Source of the DNA: Elusimicrobiota bacterium
GTDB lineage: Bacteria; Elusimicrobiota; Elusimicrobia; UBA1565
Reading direction: 5' to 3'
NCBI GenBank assembly: GCA_043819795.1
Contig: JBDREN010000194.1
Location: forward strand, 1-13,624
Length of the DNA: 13,624 bases
The stretch's first letter is position 1. Each line of letters begins with the position of its first letter. Shown here piece after piece: positions 1-6,539 of the stretch. The notes under the pieces are model-generated. The model saw only the letters and a program-made list of their open reading frames with translations, made no database searches and was not told the origin of the DNA. The position numbers and the translations under genes are program-made.

Positions 1-57
1 TCTGCTTCCCATAGCAAGCGGCAGAATAAAACTACATGGGTACATAATAGACAAGGA

Positions 58-78
58 GAAACCAGCATTCAGCTTATG
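58..78 (+). repeat. Degenerate copy of the dispersed GYGTCAG-N3-TYRASTT motif
   Basis: 63-78 CAGCATTCAGCTTATG matches the reverse complement of 536-551 (CAGCATTCAACTTACG) at 14/16. The outer GYGT core is lost (GAAACCAG). Confidence 0.5.
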
Positions 79-107
79 TTCGTGGAGGTTTTGCGGAATT
101 CTCGGCC

Positions 108-518
108 CTATTCGAAGGGGAACTTCAGATTAAAGAGCGCCCCCAACGAAGGGGTCCATCCGCCGTTGTCCAATAGATGCGCTTTGGCCCCGAACGCCAG
201 ATCGCTGAAGCCGCTCTGGGTGGACATGCCCGTCTCCGTCCTTGTGATGAACATGTCTCCCTCGACCCGCAGCTCCAGCGGATCGGTCAGACCGAAGCGG
301 AATAACGTGGAAAAACCGTAGTTCCTTGCGGTCACGCCGGAGGCCTTATCCTGGCCGAAGGCGAAACCGGTCTCTATCTGAAAACGCGATTTCCCCACGG
401 TAACGCTCGACTCGGCCGTGTCCGGACGATCGGTCACCAGAGCTTTCTCGAAGGCCCCCTCCGCCCGGACAGACGGCGCCACCGCAATCAGAAGACAGAA
501 AGTGAGGGAAAGTCTCAT
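108..518 (-). pseudogene. Truncated outer-membrane beta-barrel 'transporter' (Phenol_MetA_deg/SphA-like family), N-terminal half only
   Basis: Signal peptide (MRLSLTFCLLIAVAPSVRA), the family-typical TDRPDxxESxxxV...QIETG start, RFGLTDPLELRV and SGFSDLAFGAK strands, and a GAGGA RBS before ATG 518. It ends at LKFPFE* after 136 aa, where homologues usually run to about 250-300 aa. The sequence after the stop is AT-richer and has no open in-frame continuation. Confidence 0.7.
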
Positions 519-535
519 GTGTTTCCTCGCCGGGC

Positions 536-556
536 CGTAAGTTGAATGCTGACGCC
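536..556 (-). repeat. Dispersed GYGTCAG-N3-TYRASTT motif copy
   Basis: The minus strand reads GGCGTCAGCATTCAACTTACG, 17/21 identical to 4102-4122 (GGTGTCAGGGTTCAACTTATG). It starts 3 nt after the stop codon of CDS 560-1429. Confidence 0.7.
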
Positions 557-559
557 GAC

Positions 560-1429
560 CTAGCGCGGCTCCTCCTTCTGGCGCAGCTCGAATTCGATCT
601 CGGGGCCGGTCTCCTGCGGCTCGGCCTCCTGCGGCCGACGCGGTTCATCATGTTCGCGGGGACGCCGCTCGGGCTCCGGCCGCGCGGCGGGCAACGGGCC
701 CTCGGGCAGGACATGCAGCTCGATGAAGAAGTCCTCGCCCTCCTTCCAGTCTTCCTCATCCTCATCCTGCGCCTGAATTATCTTCCGCTGCGCTCCTTTG
801 CGCGGCGGGGGGACCTCGAATCTATTGCCCGCGTGACAGCTCTGAAAGGAGGTCTCCTTGTGCCCGGTGAAGGATTGAAGGGCGGTCATCATCAGATGAT
901 ACTCGCCGCCGCTCTGCCGGCCCAGGGGCCTCCCCCCCTCCGCGACATGCAGGCACAGGTCCTCCTCAAAACGGTCTCCTATCGTGTAGCCGTCAAGAGC
1001 CACCGAATCGGGGCCCTGCGTGATGACCTTTTCGAGGACGGCGCCGTGATTATGCACCTTCCAGTTGACGAACTCCACCGAGTTGAGAACGAGAATCATG
1101 GGCCGCGGCGAGGGTCGGACATCCACGTCTATCCCCCCTCCGGAGGAGCCGTCGCCGGCGTGCACGGATATGACATGCACGGCGACAGGATCGTCGTCGG
1201 CGCTCCAAACCACGGTCAGAGCCTCGCCGCCGTCGCCGCAGGCTCCGGGGACTCTATGGTGCGCGGGATAAGGTCGCCTGAGGCCTTGCGCCGAAAGCCG
1301 TTCGATAAGCTTCCCGCAATTGACCGGTTCCGCCGCGTGGGCCGGGACGATGAGCATAAGGACGACAAACGATAGCGCGTGCAAACGGGTGCCCTCCCTA
1401 AATATGGCGCCCCGGGGGTCTTTCTCCAT
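560..1429 (-). CDS. Secreted/exported hypothetical protein with a beta-rich uncharacterised domain and an acidic, Pro-rich C-terminal tail
   Basis: 289-aa ORF with a hydrophobic signal-like segment ending in AHA, a globular region (VHVISVH...VDVRPSPRPMILVLNSVEFVNWKV...TGHKETSFQSCH) and a low-complexity E/P/R tail. The exact start is uncertain. Confidence 0.7.
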   Translation of the reverse strand: MEKDPRGAIFREGTRLHALSFVVLMLIVPAHAAEPVNCGKLIERLSAQGLRRPYPAHHRVPGACGDGGEALTVVWSADDDPVAVHVISVHAGDGSSGGGIDVDVRPSPRPMILVLNSVEFVNWKVHNHGAVLEKVITQGPDSVALDGYTIGDRFEEDLCLHVAEGGRPLGRQSGGEYHLMMTALQSFTGHKETSFQSCHAGNRFEVPPPRKGAQRKIIQAQDEDEEDWKEGEDFFIELHVLPEGPLPAARPEPERRPREHDEPRRPQEAEPQETGPEIEFELRQKEEPR

Positions 1430-1598
1430 CTAGCATACCCGCATTCGCCGCTCCCCGCCAGGGCCGCACCGACGAAGGTACTACTCGGACGTAGGCCAAA
1501 TGACGCCACTCTTTTGCCCTTCGGTCCTGAAACCTAGGCAGCGAGGTGGGTTAAGATATCTATACGTAGAGTCACCCAATCTCGCGACGAGGTTTGCC

Positions 1599-2597
1599 AT
1601 GAATATCCGTGTTCTGATCCGATTGCTCCGCGGGCTGACCTTTCCGGCGCTTGCCGCGGCCGCTCTGGCCATAATGCCGGGGACCATCGCCCATGCGGCG
1701 ATGGCCAAGGTCGTCCCCATCCAGCCGGGTGGCGCCGTGGCCGGCATCGGCTCGGCCGCGGGCGCGGCCGCCATCGGATCCATCGGAGCGTCTCAGTTCC
1801 GGCTGGGAGCGGGCGCGTCGAAGGCCAACCTGCTCGGCAGCTCTTTGATCCGGATCGCCGCCCCGAACGTCGTTTCCCCGGCCCCCCTCCGGTCCGCGCT
1901 GCCCGCGACGCTCAGATCCGGCGCCCCGACCGCCTCGGCCGCAAGCGCCCCTATCGGAGAATCGCCCGCCGCGGACGCACGCAAGGCCCCGGGCGCCGGC
2001 ACGATCGCCTCGCTGAAGGGGCTCACCCGACGGATCGAGGCGGCGAAGAGCAATAATCCCGGGGCAAACAAGAGCGGCGCCGCCGGCCGGACGTCTTCCC
2101 TCAATAGGTTCTGGGACGGTTCCAGCCGATACAGCGCGAGCAGCGGGCTCGGCCTCGTCGAGGCCCTGCTCCGCGCGGAGAGATATAAGGCCGAGCGCGA
2201 CTCCAAGCTCCGCAAAGCCAAGGAGTCCGCGAAAGCCGCTCAAGAGCGGGAGATCCGCATCCGCCTCGACCGGGACCTGAACGGCGGCCTCATCCGCGAG
2301 ATGATCGAGAGGTCCTTCCCGGGCTTCCGCCGCTGGACCTATGTTTTCGAGCAGGAAAAGAGCCGGAACAGCGGAGCCAACATCGTGGTCCATATGCCCG
2401 CCGACGCCAAGGCGGAAGACTTGGCGCGTGGGATACGGAACTTGGCGAAACAGGCGGAGGTCGTCCGGGTCTCGGCGGGCTCCGATGTCGCGGGCTACGC
2501 CCGCAAAGCGGCTCCCGCAACGCCCGCCTCCGACAACGCGGGGATTGGCTCCATCGTCAAGCGCATCTGGCGGGTCATCAGCGGTTTTCTGAGCTAG
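1599..2597 (+). CDS. Secreted hypothetical protein: signal peptide, long Ala/Pro/Gly-rich linker, short coiled coil and small alpha/beta C-terminal domain
   Basis: ATG 1599 is preceded by GAGGT and is in frame with ORF 1500-2597. The signal peptide ends in AHA, and the low-complexity region ends at SLNRFWDG. 332 aa. Confidence 0.75.
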   Translation: MNIRVLIRLLRGLTFPALAAAALAIMPGTIAHAAMAKVVPIQPGGAVAGIGSAAGAAAIGSIGASQFRLGAGASKANLLGSSLIRIAAPNVVSPAPLRSALPATLRSGAPTASAASAPIGESPAADARKAPGAGTIASLKGLTRRIEAAKSNNPGANKSGAAGRTSSLNRFWDGSSRYSASSGLGLVEALLRAERYKAERDSKLRKAKESAKAAQEREIRIRLDRDLNGGLIREMIERSFPGFRRWTYVFEQEKSRNSGANIVVHMPADAKAEDLARGIRNLAKQAEVVRVSAGSDVAGYARKAAPATPASDNAGIGSIVKRIWRVISGFLS

Positions 2598-2628
2598 AGC
2601 GTCAGGCATTGAGTTGTTTGAGTAACTC
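2598..2628 (+). repeat. Dispersed GYGTCAG-N3-TYRASTT motif copy with 9-nt periodic TTGAGT
   Basis: AGCGTCAGGCATTGAGTTGTTTGAGTAACTC starts on the base after the TAG at 2597. 2599-2623 is 21/25 identical to 6386-6410. Confidence 0.75.
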
Positions 2629-2631
2629 GTT

Positions 2632-2664
2632 GAGGGCGGGGTCCTCGGGACCCCGCCCTCGTTT
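2632..2664 (+). terminator. GC-rich hairpin, probable intrinsic terminator
   Basis: Perfect 13-bp inverted repeat GAGGGCGGGGTCC-tcg-GGACCCCGCCCTC (2632-2660), 35 nt after the stop, followed by only a short GTTT tail. Confidence 0.6.
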
Positions 2665-2731
2665 CCCCTTGGCTCGCCGGCCGTGGATTTGCTTAATTGG
2701 AGCGTCGGCCGCTCACTAACGGAGACGCCAT

Positions 2732-3034
2732 ATGACCCCTGACGAACTGCGCGCTATCATGGATTACCTTAGGGGAAGGGTACGCATGAAGGACCGGGGA
2801 GCCGACGGCCTGGTGACGATCGTCTTCGACGCCCCTACCGCCGATGAGATGGCCCGGGCGGGCCTGAACGCCGAGGGGTGCGCGCAGGTCCTCGGCGCCC
2901 CCTGGTTCGGCGAGATGGCGGCCGACATCATCGAGACGCCGGAGATGTGCGAGAAAGAGGACCCGCCCGAGCGGGTGCTGGAGTACGCCAAAGACGTCGT
3001 GTCGGAGTACATCCGCAAGCGCGCGAAGCTCTGA
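2732..3034 (+). CDS. Small acidic helical hypothetical protein (100 aa)
   Basis: GGAG RBS at 2721-2724, GC3-rich codons and a natural globular composition (MTPDELRAIMDYL...VSEYIRKR). Confidence 0.8.
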   Translation: MTPDELRAIMDYLRGRVRMKDRGADGLVTIVFDAPTADEMARAGLNAEGCAQVLGAPWFGEMAADIIETPEMCEKEDPPERVLEYAKDVVSEYIRKRAKL

Positions 3035-3076
3035 GGCGATTCTCCCTCCCCCGGGAGGAGCGGTCCTGACGACAGC

Positions 3077-3190
3077 ATGAGAAAATTCTCCCTGGAATCC
3101 TGGTCGCGAATCCTGGCGCCCGCAGCCGTCCTCGCCGTCACGGCGGGGCTGGTCGCCCTGAGCAAGGCCCTTAAATCGAGGCGGGGATAA
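3077..3190 (+). CDS. Possible 37-aa single-helix membrane peptide
   Basis: Translates to MRKFSLESWSRILAPAAVLAVTAGLVALSKALKSRRG*, a hydrophobic core with basic flanks that fills the gap between two genes. The nearest SD (GGAGGAG, 3054-3060) is about 16 nt upstream, which is too far. Confidence 0.4.
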   Translation: MRKFSLESWSRILAPAAVLAVTAGLVALSKALKSRRG

Positions 3191-3204
3191 GGGACAGGCT
3201 TAGC

Positions 3205-4092
3205 TTACGGGAAGGAGCTCCAATCTTCGTCGTGGCCCAGCTCCCGGAGCGCCTCCGGGGAAGGCCCTTGGGAGTCCGTCTCGGGCTCTTTCAGAAACGG
3301 GGACAGATCGACGGGCTTCCGCCCGGCTTCCCAGCTCTTCTTCACGGTGTTGAAGACGAACTTGGAGGTCGTCCCGGAAGCCTTGAGCTCGCCGACGCGG
3401 TTTGCGTCGTCCACGGATTCCTCCAGCCACGACGTTTCCCCATCCTCGCGGCCGATCCGGACCTCCAAATGCACCTCCTGCTGTCCGGTGCTGAACCTGT
3501 TGTGGTAGTCGCGGACCTTTATCTGTTTCGGGGTTTCCCAGGGCTTGAACCCTTCCCACGTTCCCGCGGGCGGGGCGCCCGTGGAGGCTCGCCGCAGCGC
3601 CATCCTGGTCCACAGGGAATTGCGGGAGGCGTCCAGATACTCCTGGACGTATACCTTCATGGCGGCCTCGCCGCTGGGCGGGAACTCGATGAGCATCGCG
3701 CGCTCGGTCATCCCCTCGTCGTCCGAGTCGACCTCGGAAGCGTAGTCCCGCAGCAGCAGCTTCGCGGTGCAGAATCCCTTGAGGGTGCGCACAGTGAAGC
3801 CCTTGGCCGCGAACTCCGTGAAGTTGTGATCCTGCGTCTCGTAGTCCCTGCGCAGCTGCGAGACGGAGCTCTTCATCGACGCGATCAGGTCCTGGGCCGC
3901 CCGCGCCGACGAGACGGCGCGGGTCACCTCCATGTCGGGCTTCACCTCCGAGACCCCGACGCCCGCCGCGACCTTGCCCGGCTCCGCGAATCCATGGTAC
4001 GGCTTGCTCAGCCACTCGGGCGCCGCCGCCTCGGCCGGCGCCGCCCGCACTGACGGCGGGACAAGCAGCCCGAGCCACACCGCGGCCGCCAT
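3205..4092 (-). CDS. Exported protein with an N-terminal LPP20-like domain (start could instead be 4158)
   Basis: Signal-like MAAAVWLGLLVPPSVRA, then PEW...GVGVS...RAVSSARAAQDLIASMKSSVSQLRRDY...KGFTVRTLKG, which by eye resembles LPP20-family proteins. Codons are GC3-rich. The frame stays open upstream to ATG 4158, through a repeat element. Confidence 0.7.
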   Translation of the reverse strand: MAAAVWLGLLVPPSVRAAPAEAAAPEWLSKPYHGFAEPGKVAAGVGVSEVKPDMEVTRAVSSARAAQDLIASMKSSVSQLRRDYETQDHNFTEFAAKGFTVRTLKGFCTAKLLLRDYASEVDSDDEGMTERAMLIEFPPSGEAAMKVYVQEYLDASRNSLWTRMALRRASTGAPPAGTWEGFKPWETPKQIKVRDYHNRFSTGQQEVHLEVRIGREDGETSWLEESVDDANRVGELKASGTTSKFVFNTVKKSWEAGRKPVDLSPFLKEPETDSQGPSPEALRELGHDEDWSSFP

Positions 4093-4100
4093 CACTATTT

Positions 4101-4199
4101 TGGTGTCAGGGTTCAACTTATGCAACTTATGGAACTTTCCAGGCCGGCGTTTGGGCATCTTCGATACGGGTTACCTCAATAAGTCGAGGCCTGACACCA
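4101..4199. mobile_element. 99-bp MITE/REP-like element bounded by TGGTGTCAGG...CCTGACACCA
   Basis: 10-bp perfect terminal inverted repeats that extend to 17/20 identity, and internal 9-nt tandem units TTCAACTTA-TGCAACTTA-TGGAACTTT (4112-4138). It is AT-richer than its flanks and shows no target-site duplication. Confidence 0.6.
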
Positions 4200-4202
4200 T
4201 CC

Positions 4203-5660
4203 TTAGGCGACGCGCTTGAGCACGCCCATGTAATGGACCATGTGCCGGTCGTTAAGGAAGGAGCGCTGGGCGCGCTGCTTGGCTTTTCGGCCGAGGCGCT
4301 CGGCCAAGCCCTCGTCCTCGAGCAGTCTCACGAGCGCCCCGCCGAAAGCGTCCAGATCGGTCGGGTCGTCCAGGAGGATGCCGTCGACCCAGTTCTGGAC
4401 CTGTCGCTTCACCCCGCCCACGGCGGTCGCCACCACGGGCCGCGCCTTCCACATGGCCTCCGCGATGGTCAGGCCGAAGCCCTCCTTGAGGCTCTTCTGG
4501 ACCAGCACGGTCCCATGGCGCTGGATCGCGTTGACGATGGCCGCGTTCTCCTCCAGGTCCGCCATGGGGAGGCTGGCCAGGTGGACCCGTTTGCGGACCT
4601 TGACGGGAAGCCTCTTCAGCAGCCTCAAGGTCTCGCCCAGAGCCTGCGCGGCCTCGGGATCGTCCAGGATGGAGCTGGCATCGGGCGCCGCCAGCAGCAG
4701 ATGGGCGTCGCACCGTCCCGCCGCGTGCTCGGCGAAGCCGGCAAGCACCCCTTTGGGGTCCTTCAGGCGGTCCCACCGGGAGACCTGCACGATAAGAGGC
4801 TCCTCGAAATCGGGCGGCGGGCCCTCACGCACGATGTCCGCCTGGCGGTCCACGCGCGACGGGGTATCGTCCAGGCGCCGGAAGATGGGGAACGATCCTT
4901 TAGGAAGCTTCCCGCTGACGAGCCCCGTGTGATGGAGTATCCCCCGGACCACGGCGGGGTCCAGGTGTTGGTTCTTGGACGAGAACACGTCGATGGACGG
5001 CATCACGACATCGACCCGGGACCGGTCGATCCCCGCGGGAACGAAGTCGAGGCACGAGAAGATGTAGGCGTCCGCGGAGGTCACATAGGGGAGCAGGAAC
5101 TCCCATCCGCGCCGGGAGAACTCGTTGGGCTTGTCCGTCCCGATATGGCAGCGCCAGATCACTTTGGCGCCCCTCTTCTTCATGAAGGCCGCCAGGCCCG
5201 CGGTCTGCGGATCGTGCAGCACCACCAGGTCCCCCGGCTGCACCACGGCCGCGAGCATGCGGGCGTTGAAATCCATCGTGTCGTCGTACGTCCCGCGCTC
5301 CTCGGGCCCCAGCTCGCCCCCGTCGCCAGGCTCGCCCTGCATCATGTTGTGCAGCCGCTTGGTCACATGGAAGAACGGCTTCTTGGCCGTGATGACCAGC
5401 CATCGGGCGTCCACTCCGGCGCCGCGAAGATAGGGAAGGATCGCCTGGAGGATCTCGACCACGCCGCCGCCCGTGCCCGTGGAGTTTATGTTCCAGATCG
5501 TCCGCCGGCCGAAGACCTTGCCCGTATCCCGGAACGCGCCGATGAGCTCATCCCAGGCCTCATGATCGAGCACGTCCTTGAAGCGCATGAGCGGCAGCGG
5601 TGAGATGTGGACCTCTTGGATGGGCCGGTGAGTACGAAGCATCTCCCGCCAGGTCGCCAT
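4203..5660 (-). CDS. treT: Trehalose synthase TreT-like glycosyltransferase (GT4, GT-B fold)
   Basis: Motifs INSTGTGGGVVEIL, FFHVTKRLHN, LHDPQTAGL, WRCHI, QVSRWDRLKDP and QKSLKEGFGLTIAEAMWK. ATG 5660 was chosen as the start (485 aa). Confidence 0.85.
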   Translation of the reverse strand: MATWREMLRTHRPIQEVHISPLPLMRFKDVLDHEAWDELIGAFRDTGKVFGRRTIWNINSTGTGGGVVEILQAILPYLRGAGVDARWLVITAKKPFFHVTKRLHNMMQGEPGDGGELGPEERGTYDDTMDFNARMLAAVVQPGDLVVLHDPQTAGLAAFMKKRGAKVIWRCHIGTDKPNEFSRRGWEFLLPYVTSADAYIFSCLDFVPAGIDRSRVDVVMPSIDVFSSKNQHLDPAVVRGILHHTGLVSGKLPKGSFPIFRRLDDTPSRVDRQADIVREGPPPDFEEPLIVQVSRWDRLKDPKGVLAGFAEHAAGRCDAHLLLAAPDASSILDDPEAAQALGETLRLLKRLPVKVRKRVHLASLPMADLEENAAIVNAIQRHGTVLVQKSLKEGFGLTIAEAMWKARPVVATAVGGVKRQVQNWVDGILLDDPTDLDAFGGALVRLLEDEGLAERLGRKAKQRAQRSFLNDRHMVHYMGVLKRVA

Positions 5661-5695
5661 GGGGATATTGTCAGAAAAATACCGCCGGATAGCAA
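5661..5695 (-). promoter_or_regulatory. Sigma70-type promoter, probably giving a leaderless treT mRNA
   Basis: The minus strand reads TTGCTA-17 nt-GACAAT-atcccc-ATG, with no Shine-Dalgarno sequence. Confidence 0.55.
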
Positions 5696-5772
5696 GTTTT
5701 CGCGCGAAGCGCTTCGGGGGGCGGCTGCGGGGCAGCGGCGACTGAGCGTAGGCGATCGGGGGCTGGCAGACT

Positions 5773-5794
5773 TGTACAATATAGTGTACAATAT
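5773..5794 (+). promoter_or_regulatory. Toxin-antitoxin autoregulatory operator overlapping the -10 box
   Basis: TGTACAATAT occurs at 5773-5782 and 5785-5794, placing two TGTACA palindromes 12 bp apart as in the yefM-yoeB operator. Each copy contains TACAAT, and a GGAGG RBS follows. Confidence 0.8.
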
Positions 5795-5811
5795 GACTGG
5801 AGGGCAAAACC

Positions 5812-6060
5812 ATGACTAAAATTGCCCCAGTCTCTTATGTGAGGGCGCACCTTCCTGAAATGGTTGCCGCCCTCGGCAAGAAGAAGCGCGACCGCATTGT
5901 CATCACCCGCAACGGAGCCCCGTCGGCGGTCCTCGTATCTCCCGAGGAATTAGAAACGCTTGAGATACTCGCGGATAAGAAACTCATGCTTTCTCTGCTC
6001 AAAGCGGAGGATGATGAGCATGCCAACCGCCTAGTGGAACACGAAGATATCTTCAAGTGA
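5812..6060 (+). CDS. Type II antitoxin, Phd/YefM family
   Basis: 82 aa with the PVSYVRAHLPEMV...IVITRNGAPSAVLVSPEELETLEIL signature, and a GTGA overlap with the toxin gene. Confidence 0.93.
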   Translation: MTKIAPVSYVRAHLPEMVAALGKKKRDRIVITRNGAPSAVLVSPEELETLEILADKKLMLSLLKAEDDEHANRLVEHEDIFK

Positions 6061-6356
6061 TTTATCGCGTCCGGTATACTCAAGAAGCGGCACGGCGCAT
6101 TCGCAAGCTCGATGCCGCCGTCAAGGAACGTATTCGTAAGGCCATCAAGAAGCTATCCGAACATCCCGCGTCAGGGAAGTGCCTCACGGGACTCCTCAGC
6201 GGGCGATGGTCTTACCGTGTGGGTGATTGGCGGATTCTATACAAGGTTCGGAAATCGGAACTGCTCATCCTGATCCTGACAGCAGGGCATCGTCGCGAAA
6301 TCTACAAAAAGTGGGCCGGGACGAGTAGTGCAGGTCCGATCCGGGTACATGGGTGA
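6057..6356 (+). CDS. relE: Type II toxin, RelE/ParE superfamily (RelE/StbE-like mRNA interferase)
   Basis: YRVRYTQEA..IRKLD...GKCLTGLLSGRWSYRVGDWRILY...GHRREIY. Basic protein, coupled to the antitoxin gene. Confidence 0.92.
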   Translation: MIYRVRYTQEAARRIRKLDAAVKERIRKAIKKLSEHPASGKCLTGLLSGRWSYRVGDWRILYKVRKSELLILILTAGHRREIYKKWAGTSSAGPIRVHG

Positions 6357-6385
6357 CAGTATTCGCCCTTTGCGACTGTCGGAAA

Positions 6386-6458
6386 GCGTCAGGTGTTGAG
6401 TTTGTTGAGTAATTCTTCGTGCGGTCTCCAGTCAGTCAACATACTCAACACATGACGC
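6386..6458. repeat. 73-bp palindromic element (25-bp imperfect inverted repeats) of the GYGTCAG family
   Basis: The left arm GCGTCAGGTGTTGAGTTTGTTGAGT (6386-6410) matches the reverse complement of the right arm, GCGTCATGTGTTGAGTATGTTGACT (6434-6458), at 22/25. The spacer is 23 nt, and the element lies between convergent relE and cstA. Confidence 0.85.
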
Positions 6459-6539
6459 CGCTGGTGAGCCGATGGGAGACGCGGGGATGGCGTGCACGGC
6501 AAAGGCTCAGCGGCGAAACAGCTCAACGGCAGGGGCGCC

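Noticed and set aside
32..49. Minus-strand TATTAT-6 nt-ATG-TAG (promoter plus start-stop), and a possible gene start at ATG 12
   Set aside because: It lies at the window edge with no context and cannot be distinguished from chance.
1490..1540. TGACGCC at 1501-1507 (also at 11554) as further motif copies, and a loose dyad around 1493-1529
   Set aside because: Only the 7-bp core matches and the TYRASTT part is missing, which is expected by chance at this GC content.
2701..2729. Weak GCGTC...GACGC hairpin covering the RBS of the 2732 gene, as a riboregulator
   Set aside because: The stem is short and bulged in GC-rich DNA, and no recognisable riboswitch motif is present.
4112..4138. Short periodic repeats read as a CRISPR array
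   Set aside because: The units are 9 nt long, with no spacers and no cas genes.
5661..5813. N-terminal extension of TreT to 5813 (and of ALDH to 11578, collagen gene to 12605)
   Set aside because: The extensions cross promoter or operator DNA, and better starts with promoter or RBS support lie downstream.
2598..6459. GTCAGGC/GCCTGAC motifs read as integron attC sites
   Set aside because: They have GTC rather than the GTT crossover triplet, the arms are ordered opposite to RYYYAAC...GTTRRRY, the genes are not co-oriented cassettes, and no integrase is present.
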